DNA of 64,000 bases, from NCBI GenBank assembly GCA_030390025.1, contig CM059431.1, positions 108,998,001-109,062,000 on the forward strand, written 5' to 3'. Below are positions 11,709 through 21,930 of the stretch, in pieces (the stretch's first letter is position 1; each line of letters opens with the position of its first letter). The notes beneath the pieces were generated by a model. That model searched no databases, was not told where the DNA came from, and saw nothing but the letters and a program-made list of their open reading frames with translations. Source of the DNA: Squalus acanthias. Its lineage: Eukaryota. A program made the translations under genes and the position numbers.

Positions 11709-11967
11709 GATATGCACCTTTGATTGCCGTGATTGTCTCTCTGCCGAGGTGTGATAAAGGGCAGTTAGAAAGATTAACTGTAGTCGTCTGGCATTGTTCT
11801 CTGACTATATATGCTGTGCCTATATGCATCTCTTCACTTCACCTGATGAAGGAGCAGCCGCTCCGAAAGCTTGTGATTTCAAATAAAGCTGTTGGACTAT
11901 AACCTGGTGTTGTGCGACTTCTCACTTTTGTCCACCCCAGTCCAACACCGGCATCTCCGCATCATGG
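11709..11967 (+). mobile_element. Penelope-like element terminal repeat (solo, 5'-truncated)
   Basis: 13-bp direct repeat ctatttaagcagg at 11696-11708 and 11968-11980; hammerhead motif followed by AATAAA. Confidence 0.85.
11839..11876 (+). ncRNA. Minimal type I hammerhead ribozyme motif in a PLE terminal repeat (intact)
   Basis: tcac-CTGATGA-a-ggagc(agcc)gctcc-GAAA-gc-TT-gtga. Confidence 0.8.
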
Positions 11968-12165
11968 CTATTTAAGCAGGTAAGAATATATATAAAAATC
12001 ATGGAGTTCTCATTATGTGCTATTGGCTTGGACACTGCTTTCAGTAACATCTTAGCCTATTCCAAGATATGTAATCTTTCCGGATCAGAATGACAACACC
12101 CTTTCAATTCAAAATGTCGGCACCGTCCACGTCATTGGTCAACTGCCGCGCGAGAGCGCATTTAC

Positions 12166-12338
12166 CTTAATAACTGAGGTTTCCATTCTGGGAGGGGGGC
12201 TTTGTACTTGGGCTGCAGCTGCCATGTTAGCGATAGTGGTAAGGTGGTTCATCTGGCTCATTGCCATGGTAACTGATGCCGGAGGTAGGCTGACGGGAAT
12301 AAGAGGATGGGGCATCATCATGAAAGGGAGCTCCAGAC
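12166..12338 (-). CDS. DACH1: Internal coding exon (173 bp, phase 1 to phase 0) of dachshund homolog 1: (G)LELPFMMMPHPLIPVSLPPASVTMAMSQMNHLTTIANMAAAAQVQSPPPRMETSVIK
   Basis: The peptide is near-identical to vertebrate DACH1 as I recall it (GLELPFMMMPHPLIPVSLPPASVTMAMSQMNHLSTIANMAAAAQVQSPPSRVETSVIK) and closer to DACH1 than DACH2. Acceptor ttgcttttcag|GT and donor AAG|gtaaat are read directly on the minus strand. Confidence 0.96.
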
Positions 12339-12544
12339 CTGAAAAGCAAGAAAGAGTTATTTCATTGTCTTCAAGAATTATTTGTACAACTGACTCTGGG
12401 TATAAAGCAGGTTAACAATAAGGTTTCAACATGGACGTTCAATACTCAGGAATCTGAGTTTAAATATTCATGTTTCTCTACTCTCCTTTTGACTTTGTTG
12501 TTGTGATGTATCCTTATGCACACACCTGGCCCCATCAGCCTGTT

Positions 12545-12817
12545 AAGGATGTAAAACATCCTAGATCGTAATTTGAAGAGTAGGGAGTTCTCCTGGCGTC
12601 TTGGCCAACATTTATCCCTCAACCAACACTTCTGACAAACAGATTAACTGGTCATTTACTTCTTTTGCTGTTTGTGGGATCTTGCTGCGCGCAAATTGGC
12701 TGCTGCATTCGCCCGCACACCAATAGTCACGTCATTTCAAAAGTACTTCACTGCCTGTCAAGTGCTTTGGAACATCCTGAGGGTGTGAAAGGCGCTATAT
12801 AAATGCAGGTCTCTTTT
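12545..12817 (+). mobile_element. Partial Deu-domain SINE
   Basis: 3' half of the family, ending gtgaaaggcgctatataaatgcag. Confidence 0.8.
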
Positions 12818-12949
12818 TCGTACACTTAAAAAACATCTATAGTTCTATCATAATATGCACATTTCCTAAAAGCTGTACCTTTTAACATATAATAGGGGTG
12901 ATTATAACTATTGGGCGGCCACCTGATCCCTCCAGCAGGAGTCCATTTT

Positions 12950-13568
12950 TTTTTTTAAATGTATTCGCTTATGGGATCTGGACGTCGCTGGCAAGGCCAG
13001 CTTTTATTGTCCATCCCTAGTTGCCCTTGAGAAGGTGGTGGTGAGCCACCTTCTTGAACCGCTGCAGTCCATGTGGTGAAGGTACTCCCACAGTGCTGTT
13101 AGGGAGGGAGTTCCAGGATTTTGACCCAGCGACGATGAAGGATCGGTGATATACTTCTAAGTCAGGATGGTGTGTGACTTGGAGGTAGTGGTGTTCCCAT
13201 GCGCCTGCTGCCCTTGTCCTTCTAGGTGGAAGAGGTCGCGGGTTTGGGAGGTGCTGCCGAAGAAGCCTTGGCGAGTTGCTGCAGTGCATCTTGTAGATGG
13301 TACACACTGCAGCCACGGTGCGCCGGTGGTGGAGGGGGTGAATGTTTAAGGTGGTGGATGGGGTGCCATTCAAACGGGCTGCTTTGTCCTGGATGGGTGT
13401 CGAGCTTCTTGAGTGTTGTTGGAGCTGCACTCATCCAGGCAAGTGGAGAGTATTCCATCACACTCCTGACTTGTGCCTTGTTGATGGTGGACAGGGTTTG
13501 GGGTGTCAGGAGGTGAGTCACTTGCCGCAGAATACCTAGCCTCTGACCTGCTCTTGTAGCCACAGTAC
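12950..13568 (-). mobile_element. 3' end of the second CR1-superfamily LINE family
   Basis: KAQVRSVMEYSPLAWMSAAPTTLKKLDT...QDKAARL...SKSWNSLPNS across a frameshift. Confidence 0.88.
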
Positions 13569-13594
13569 AAAGCACCATGGGGGGGGTGCAATTC

Positions 13595-14069
13595 TTTTTT
13601 TTATTATTATTCGTTCATGGGATCTGGGCATCACTGGCAAGGCCAGCATTTATTGCCCATCCCTAACTGCCCTTGAGAAGGTGGTGGTTAGCCACCTTTT
13701 TGAACCGCTGCAGTCCGTGTGCTGACTTTGTCGTAGCGGTTTGGTACAACTGAGTGACTTGCTGGGCCATTTCAGAGGGCAGTTAAGAGTCAACCACATT
13801 GCTGTGGGTCTGGAGTCACATATAGGCCAGACCGGGTAAAGATGGTAGGTTTCCTTCCCTAAAGGGCATTAGTGAACCAGTTGGGTTTTTATGACAATCC
13901 GGTAGTTTCATGGTCACCATTACTGATCCTAGCTTTTTAATTCCAGATTTATTTAATTAACTGAATTTAAATTCCCCAGCTGCCGTGGTGGGATTCAAAC
14001 TCACATCTCCTTATTAGTCCAGGCCTCTAGATGACTAGTGCAGTAACATAACCACTATGCTACCGTACC
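13595..14069 (-). mobile_element. tRNA-derived SINE carrying the 3' tail of the adjacent LINE family
   Basis: Head gggtacggtagcatagtggtta...gtttgaatccc (A and B boxes); the last ~120 bp match the tail of the 12950-13568 LINE. Confidence 0.8.
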
Positions 14070-14452
14070 CGCTTTGGTGGAGGTACAAAATGGCTGCAGA
14101 TCCGCTACCGCCCGCTTTACACCCGCTACCAAAGTTGAATTTCTCCCTCATTTCACTCCCATGGTCCCAGTTTCCTGGTTGGCATATCTGCTTACACACA
14201 TACCAACCCATTCGCAGTTTAGCACAGTTTACATATTTGTGCTATCCTGGTAATCCATTACTCCCCGTATTACGTGCAATGGCGAGGGTGAACCAGTGAT
14301 AAACGAATCAAACATTATAGCGAATGGCACAGAACATCTCGCAGAAATTAAGAGTAGTGCTCACCCTTGAGTAGAATAGTCACACCACACAGCATCATGC
14401 CCAGTGGAATTATTTCACATCAGGTCTGTTGTCTGTCACCACACCCCAAAAA

Positions 14453-14940
14453 ATGTTCCAACGAAGCTCAGTGTAAGCTCGAGGAACAGCACCTCATCTT
14501 TCAATTAGGCACTTTACAGCCTTCTGGACTCAACATCGAGTTCAACAATTTCAGATCGTAACCTCGCCCCCATTTTTTCCAGATGGCAGCTGTTGATGAT
14601 TCTGCTATTCCCAGTTACACCTCTTCTAGACCCATCTTTTGTTTCTTTACTTGTCCCATTACCATCTCCTTTTGCTTTGTACTATCATACCTTTTGTCAT
14701 TTCATCACTCCTACCCTCCACTCTATCACAGATCTTCCCTTTTGTTCTTTCCTCCCCTCCACTTTTCCCTGCCTCTGCACTTGCTTAAAACCTGTAATAT
14801 CTCCAACTCTTTCCAGTTCTGATGAAAGGTCATCGACTTGAAACGTTAACTCTGTTTCTCTCTCCACAGATGCTGCCTGTGTATTTCCAGCATTTTATGT
14901 TTTTATTTCAGATTTCCAGCATCTGCATTATTTTACTTTT
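14453..14940 (+). mobile_element. PLE 3' fragment (end of GIY-YIG ORF plus terminal repeat)
   Basis: CSNEAQCKLEEQHLIFQLGTLQPSGLNIEFNNFRS* followed by a pyrimidine-rich UTR and a hammerhead motif. Confidence 0.88.
14815..14851 (+). ncRNA. Minimal type I hammerhead ribozyme motif, second PLE family (intact, one G-U pair in stem II)
   Basis: agtt-CTGATGA-a-aggtc(atc)gactt-GAAA-cg-TT-aact; palindromic ACGT. Confidence 0.8.
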
Positions 14941-15149
14941 GCCCCCCAAAATATTGATACCTGCTTCATTAGTAATAAACTTAATTCACATTAAGAGAAA
15001 AAAGGTTGTTATTGAATTGATGGCACTTTTATCCTTATGCGAATCTTGCATACTACTGGTACCAACAACAGATAACATTTCAGAGGTTCCATTCCCAGCC
15101 CAGAGTCTCACTTGACTTGACAGGGTCGCAAAATAAGACATGGAGTTCA

Positions 15150-15518
15150 ATGTGTCCTTTTCACGGTGCTCTCTAATTTCCCGTTGCATCTTTGAACGCA
15201 GGGTCCGTGCCAGCTAGGCTGCTGGCATGGCCCCCCATTCCCCGGTGGTCCAGGTAGGGCCCCGCAGAGTTGTGGGCTTGGGCCCTCCCCTTTAATGAGG
15301 GGAGGAGCCCTTCCATGTGGCAGTGCTATGTGCATAGCGCTGCTGAACGCACCACCCCAATATTTGGGGTTAGTGCTCCAAGAAGGAAGTGGAGCGCTTG
15401 AATTAGTGCTCCACCTCTCTCTTGGGGCGCTAAAACTGAAGTTAGCGATCGCCGGCGCTAAATTTAGAGCCCAGGCAATGTTAGTGACCCAAAATGGTCG
15501 CTAACGAATTTTTCCCTC
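15150..15518. mobile_element. Partial GC-rich MITE related to 61176-61832
   Basis: Shared ccctcccctttaat(g/c)aggggagg block and a similar aattttccc end. Confidence 0.6.
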
Positions 15519-16610
15519 ATAGAATCATACAATCATGGAATGGTTACAGCACAGGAACCGCCATTCGGCCCGTCAAATCCGTGCCGGCTCTCTGCAAGAG
15601 CACTTCAGCTAGTCCCACCCCTCCGCCCTTTCCCCGTAGCCCTGCAATTATTTTCCTTCAGGTACTTATTCAACTCCCTTTTGAAAGCCATGATTGAATC
15701 TGCCTCCACCACCCTCTCAGGCAGTGCATTCCAGATCATAACCATTCATTGCGTAAAAAAGTTTTTCCTCATTTCGCCTTTGGTTCTTCTGCGAATCACC
15801 TTAAATCTGTGTCCTCTGATTCTCGACCCTTCCGCCAATGGGAACAGTTTCTGCAACATGGTGGCATAGTGGTTAGCACTGTTGCCTCACAGCGCCAGAG
15901 ACCCGGGTTCGAATCTGGCCTCGGGTGACTGTCTGTGTGGAGTTTGCACATTCTCCCCGTGTCTGCGTGGGTTTCCTCCGGGTGCTCCGGTTTCCTCCCA
16001 CAGTCCAAAGATGTGCGGCTTAGGTTGATTTGGCTATGATAAATTGACCCTTAGTGTTAGGGGGATTAAATACGCGGGGATAGGGTGGGATATGTGTCGG
16101 TGCAGGCTCGATGGGCCGAAATGGCCTCTATCTGCACTGTGGGGATTCTGTGATTCTGAGTTTCTCTCTATCTACTCTGTCCAGACCCCTCATGATTTTG
16201 AACAGCTCTATCAAATCTCCTCTCAACCTTCGCTGCTCTAAGGAGAACAACTGCAGCCTCTCCAGTCTATCCACATAACTGAAGTCTCTCATCCCTGGAA
16301 TCATTCTTCTAGATCTTTTCTGCACCCTCTCTAAGGCCTTCACATCCTTCCCATCCTGCCCAGAATTGGACACAATACTCCAGTTGAAGCCGAACCAGTG
16401 TTTTATACAGGCTCATCATAACTTCCTTGCTTTTGTACTCCGCCTCTATTTATGAAGCCCAGGATCCCGTTTGCTTTTTTAACCGCTTTCTCAACCTGCC
16501 GTGCCACCTTCAACGATTTGTGCACATATACCCCCAGGTCTCTCTGTTCATGCACCCCCTTTAGAATTGTACCCTTCAGTTTCTATTGCCTCTCCTCCTT
16601 CTTCCTACCT
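15519..16610 (-). mobile_element. CR1 LINE 3' fragment interrupted by an HE1-type SINE
   Basis: KDVKALERVQKR...SLEQRRLRGDLIE; 3' UTR with (tagaatca)-type repeat end. Confidence 0.9.
15853..16158 (+). mobile_element. HE1-like V-SINE (elasmobranch type) with CR1-derived tail
   Basis: tRNA head (tggcatagtgg, ggttcgaatc), V-domain gtgtggagtttgcacattctccccgtgtctgcgtgggtttcctccgggtgctccggtttcctccca, tail gattctgtgattctg; TSD agtttct at 15846-15852 and 16159-16165. Confidence 0.9.
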
Positions 16611-18059
16611 ATTTGCCCTTTATATGGTATCAAGGTGAAGTAATGTTACAACTTACTAATAGTTATTTCATTGCTGTTTGTGGGAGCATGCTGTGCCCAA
16701 ATTGGCTGTTGCGTTTCCTACATTACATCCAGAGTCAAGGACCAAAGTGTTCAATAGATAAATATGTTTGTGTTGTAGTAAATAGATGGATGTTGATGCA
16801 TATATTCAATGAATAGTTATCAGCACATAACTGAAACATTTAAAAGTCTTAAGTTTTGTTTTTAATCAGAAGGCAGTTGAGCTTTAAGGCTGATTTTTAA
16901 TTGATTTTTAATTTTTTTCAGAAGGCAGTTCACGTTTAAGGGCTGGAGACTGCTTTCAAAAATGCCAGCCTTGCTTTAAGAGAATGCAGCGTCGCTCCAG
17001 CGACACTACATTGGGCCTCCGGCTGGGCACACAGCCTGAAGCAGCGCGTTCGTCGCTGGGCTGTCCGCTAAAATCACTAAAATCAGCAGGTAGCACCAAA
17101 TGAACATGCAGCCTGCGCTTTCTAAACGGGACGCGAGCAAATCTCGCCCCTTGCTGCCACCGCCCGTTTTCAGGCCTTATCGAAATTCACCCCGCATAAA
17201 TTTTTGCATGTGAATTTTGAAATGCTTTTCCCCCTCCCCCCCATGAGTTCTCCCCTTCATGATTTCAGCCATTGGAAGCCATCAGTTAATTCCACTTCCC
17301 GCATTTAAAACATAACCTCATCTCCATCCCTGGAATTGTCCATGAGACATATATAGATATAACGGAAAACTTTTAAAGTCTACCAGTAATAGACGAGAAG
17401 TATACCATTGTTGCCAAACTAAGCATCAACAAGCAACCTGTGGCTCGGTCATTCAACTGTTTACACCCGTCTTCATTTTTTCAGACAATATACACATGGC
17501 CATCAGCAAAAAATCATGCAAGAAGCCCACTTCAATGAGGGTTTCTCCCCCATTTCATGGAGCTAGAAGAAAGCGTAGACACCTTAGTTGCTCAGAAATA
17601 TTGTGGATTTGATGAGTTCGACTGAAATAAGATCCACTGTTCGGAGCATGTACTCATGGTTAAAAGGATGTATTCAAGTTATCATTGAACTGATTTGAGC
17701 CCTATGTCTCATGCACAATTCCAGGGATGGAGATGGGTTATGTTTAAACAGTGGGAAGTTAAAATAACTGAAGGCTTCCAATGGCTGAAGAGGAGAACTC
17801 AGGAAAAAAAGCATTTCAAATTTCAGATGCAGAAATTTTGCACATAACCATGTCTGGAACTGCAAACAATGAAAGGATTGGTTAGTATGCAAAAGTTCTT
17901 TGACAAGCACTGTCATTGAACAAACTTCCCTGGATCTGAGCTCTCAACAACCACTTTTTACATTTATATATTGCCCTTCAGAGCACTTTAAAAAGAGGAG
18001 GAGTGGAAACTGAGCTGGAAGTAAGGGAATCTAGAGGGAGGAGACCAAAAGGTACAGTT

Positions 18060-18345
18060 GAAGAGATAGGAGATGACTGAAGTTTAAGATTATGAAAAGG
18101 TCTGGTATATCTGATCCAGGCAATTGGTTCACTATTGCAAAGGGTGCAATACCAGGAGACACGAGTTCAAAACTAAGAAGATAGGATAAAGTAAGAAAGT
18201 TAGGTTTTTCCTTTTACACAAAGGGAGCAATTAAATGGGGAAGGACATTTGAAATGAAGAGTAAAAATAAGCTCAAAAGGCAACTAGGTCGGTTTCTGGA
18301 GAAAGAATGAATTGAGGGGTATGGGGAGAAGGGTGGCATTGGGAT
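18060..18345 (+). mobile_element. Highly degenerate CR1 3' fragment, preceded by an L2 tail relic at about 17945-18060
   Basis: ggagatgactgaagtttaagattatgaaaaggtctgg...ttttacacaaaggg follows the CR1 ORF2 end pattern. Confidence 0.55.
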
Positions 18346-18941
18346 CAATCAAATAAAAATCTTGTCCTTCAAACGATAATATTTATATCTGCGTGTCATC
18401 CTGTGATAGAAATGTACTCAAACTGGATACTCCAACAGAAACTGGATAGGGGAAAAAAAACTATAACTTACTTATACAAGCAGTAAATAGAGGCAAAAGT
18501 CACAATGAGAGATAGATTCACACCAACCAGAACCGTGCATCCTGTCGAAAGCTCCTGCATTCTCAAAACTCAATGCTGAAAGGATTAACACAAGGTGCAC
18601 AATGGTGCTGAAATAATAGGTCAGCATTAATCAAAGGATAACGAGTGCAACCTTGCTCTATAAAATATCATCGACTTCAAACTTGTTTATTTTTTAAAAG
18701 TATGATTTAATTAGTGATTTTTATTTGTGTAACGCATACCTCCGAGATGCAGTTAACGTACATCTCTATAATGTGATTAAATAGGTGCTGGCAACCTTTG
18801 GCTCATGCAAGATATAAAGTTGTCTGCAGCACATTGTTAACTTGCTGCTTGTTCAACATTCTTATCCAACATGGGGTTGGTTAAAAAAAAAAGAAAATGG
18901 CACACACAAGGACATCTGATGACACAGAGAGTTGTCCTCAC

Positions 18942-19097
18942 CATTGGGTAATAAGTGGTTCTGCTGGAGGGAGTTGAGGGAGTGGTTTACTGCGAGGTTG
19001 TGCTGGCTGGAGAGGGTAGGATGACTGACAGAGCCCTGTGCGGATGGGGCAGTGGGAGACTGCAGTTTCTCTTTATCCCAGGAGCCATCGCTGCTAC
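18942..19097 (-). CDS. DACH1: Internal coding exon (156 bp, phase 1-1, skippable in frame): (G)SSDGSWDKEKLQSPTAPSAQGSVSHPTLSSQHNLAVNHSLNSLQQNHLLPN(G)
   Basis: Matches the DACH1 segment SSDGSWDKETL...LNHLQQSHLLPNG that precedes LELPFMMM in the long isoform. Acceptor tcctatcctacag|GT, donor AATG|gtgagg. It joins the 12338 exon in frame (G+GT = Gly). Confidence 0.93.
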
Positions 19098-19377
19098 CTG
19101 TAGGATAGGAAATAGAACACATTGTGAGTGAGCTGGCCTTCATCGTCATTCTCTCTTTTTCCTCTGCCCAATTTTCTACTCTCGCCAGCTGCTCAACACC
19201 CTGCATCCTTCTCCAGGGTTGAACAGCGGGAAGACACATCAGTTTCCGTTTACGATCACCCTGCAGGAAATGAGAGCCAAGCAGCAGTGAGCCAAGCAAT
19301 ATCGGCTTTCCTAGCCTCCCTCTCCAAAAGATGCAACACCTCATTTTTTGCAGAAAATCCAGAATAATGGGGGAGGG

Positions 19378-19450
19378 AGGGGGGAGGAGGAGGAGGAGGA
19401 GGAGGAGAAGGAGGAGAAGGAGAAGGAGGAGGAGAATAATAACAACAACT
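19378..19450. repeat. (GAG)n/(GAA)/(AAC)n simple repeat at the L2 tail
   Basis: Seen directly. Confidence 0.9.
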
Positions 19451-20597
19451 TGTATTTATACAGCGCCTTTAACGTAGTAAAACATTCCAAGACACTTCAC
19501 AAGAGTATTAAAAGACTAAAAGAAATTTGACACCGAGCCACATAAGGAGAAATTAGGGCAGGTGACCAAAAGCTTGGTCAAAGAGGTAGGTTTAAAGGAG
19601 TGTCGTAAAGGAGGAAAGAGAGGTAGAGAGGCGGAGAGGTTTAGGGAGGGAATTCCAGAGCTTAGGGCCTGGGCAACAGAAGGCATGGCCACCAATGGTT
19701 GAACGATTATAATCAGGGATGCTCAAAAGGGCAGTATTAGAGGAGCGCAGATATCTCGGGAGGTTGTGGGTCTGGAGGAGATTACAGAGATAGGGAGGGG
19801 CGAGGCCATGGAGAGATTTGAAAACAAGGATGAGAATTTTGAAATCGAGGCATTGCTTAACCATGTCTGGAACTGCAAGGCAAGGGCGGAGATGTGCAAT
19901 GTTACAGAGGTAGAAATAGACCGCCTTAGTTATGCTGCGGATATGTGGGTGGAAGCTCATTTCAGGGTCAAATATAACACCAAGGTTGTGAACAGTGTGG
20001 TTCAGCCTCAGACAGATGTTAGGGAGAGGGATGGAGTCAGTGGCTAGGGAACGGAGTTTGTGGCGGGGACCAAAAACAATGGCTTCGGTCTTCCCAATAT
20101 TTAATTGGTGAAAATTTCTGCTCATCCAGAACTGGATGTCAGACAAGCATTCTGACAATTTAGAGACCGTGGAGGGGGTCAAAAGAAGTGGTAATGAGGT
20201 AGAGCTGGGTGTCATCAGCGTACATGTGGAAATTGAAGCTGTGTTTTCGGATGATGTCGCCAAGGGGCAGCATGTAGATGAGAAATAGGAGGCGGCCAAG
20301 GATAGATCCTTGGGGGACACCAGAGGTAACGATGTAGGAGCGGGAAGGGAAGCCATTGCAGGTGATTCTCTGGATACGATTAGATAGATAAGAATGGAAC
20401 CAGGCGAGTGCAGTCCTACCCAGCTGGACGACGGTGGAGAGGCGTTGGAGAAGGATGGAGTGGTCAATCGTGTCAAAGGCTGCAGACAAGTCAAGAAGGA
20501 CGAGGAGGGATAGTTTACCTTTGTCACAGTCACAAAGGATGTAATTTGTGACTTTGATGAGAGCCATTTCAGTACTGTGGCAAGGGCGGAAACCTGA
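19441..20597 (-). mobile_element. L2 LINE 3' fragment (RT region) with an internal deletion at about 19862
   Basis: LVLLDLSAAFDTIDH...SGVPQGSILG...HMYADDTQLY; NIGKTEAIVFG; LWNSLPKPLRL; tail aaaggcgctgtataaatacaagttgttgtt. Confidence 0.93.
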
Positions 20598-20748
20598 TTA
20601 GGTCAGTGCGATCAAATGGAACTCAGCTCTGGGGCCTTATGTACAAGACTCAAGTGTTTCTACCACTTTTGCTGCCAACCGAAATTCATCCAACATAAAC
20701 TTTTTTTAAATTTATTTACAGATTAACTCAAGCTCAGGAGGAAATAAT

Positions 20749-21240
20749 GGGCCGAATTTTGCTCTGAGCGGCGAACGAACCTCACCAGTCATTCGTTACA
20801 CTTACACTTGCCCATAGGCACGGCAAGTTCCTGTCAGCCAAACATCCAAAGAGCGCCCTTTACTGGGCATCTGGGACCTGTGTGAACAGGGCAAATAACT
20901 GCGTAGCTCCTTAACCAATCAGATTGAAGAATCGTTAATGAGCAGCGCAGAGTCTGAACTAGGAAGTGTCAGTTACAATATTTAGTTCAATGTCAAATCA
21001 GGTGCAGAAAGAAAAATAAGGAGGGAAAGAAAGATGGTATTAAGTGAAAGAGAGAAAAAGAGACAAAGGAAAAAAGGAAAATTGTTTTTAAATCTCCAAC
21101 AATAATTAAAAGCTGAAGGAATGAGACTCCACACTTGTAAAAGTTAATTTTCAGTGTCAGAGAGGTTGTTTGGCAGAAATTAAGACTCATCACGCCATTA
21201 AAAAGGTACTTATAATGGAAGGGCTAAGCCCAACCTTTTT
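20749..21240. mobile_element. Partial TIR-type non-autonomous element
   Basis: Starts gggccgaattttgc; internal aaagttaattttcag block resembles 34780-34810 (aaaactaatttt). Confidence 0.45.
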
Positions 21241-21624
21241 CTGAATGACATAGCCTATGACGCTGGTGGCAGGATTGGAATTTGCCTGGTGTATGATTCT
21301 GATACCATTTACAACTTGTGGGAAACTGTGCTGCTGCAGAGTTCAGAGAACACTGAAAATAATGTCCAGGAAATGTACAGAAAGACACTAAAGTACATGG
21401 GAGAATGGGAATATATTTAAGGGCGTGTGTCTCGGGTAGATGTGAAAGCTGTCGTGCTGTGACAGGAACATTCAAAAAGCACCACAGAGTAAGAAGGAGT
21501 TTAGCACAGCACCTTCAAGAGCTACTGGGGTAAATTTTCATCTTCACTGCACAGGGGGTAATTTCGTGGAGCTGGAACCTGTTTGATTTTCATACCCTTG
21601 ATTTAATTGGGATGAAAACTACAT

Positions 21625-21930
21625 AGAATTACATAATATTTACAGCACAGATACAGGCCATTCGGCTCAACTGGTCTATGCTCCACACGATCCTCCTCCC
21701 TCCCCAACTGGTCTATGCTCCACATGATCCTCCCTCCCTCCCCAACTGGTCTATGCTCCACACGATCGTCCTCCCACCCCTACTTCATCTAACACTATCG
21801 GCATAGCCTTCTATTCCTTTCTCCCTCATGTGTTTGTCTAGCTTCCCCTTGAATGCATCTGTGCTATTCACCCCAACTACTCCCTGTGGTAGCGAGTTCC
21901 ACATTCTCACCACTCTCTGGGCGAAGAAGT
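21625..21930 (-). mobile_element. CR1 3' tail containing a triplicated 37-38 bp unit
   Basis: ttacagcacagatacaggccattcggc...; the intact family member is at 43500-43590. Confidence 0.8.
21668..21780. repeat. Tandem repeat, 3 x 37-38 bp (caactggtctatgctccacacgatcctcctccctccc)
   Basis: Units start at 21668, 21705 and 21743. Confidence 0.92.

Noticed and set aside
15853..15930. tRNA gene (also the heads at 7849, 14000-14069, 35457, 53230-53303 and 55603)
   Set aside because: The A and B boxes belong to tRNA-derived SINE heads that continue into SINE bodies; no complete cloverleaf.
19348..19530. Poly-Glu/Asn ORF
   Set aside because: Translation of the simple-repeat tail of the L2 element.
19592..20567. 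313-aa and 135-aa ORFs
   Set aside because: Overlapping frameshifted pieces of one L2 reverse transcriptase.
21668..21780. CRISPR-like array
   Set aside because: Head-to-tail 37-38 bp duplications inside a CR1 tail, with no unique spacers, no cas genes and a eukaryotic context.
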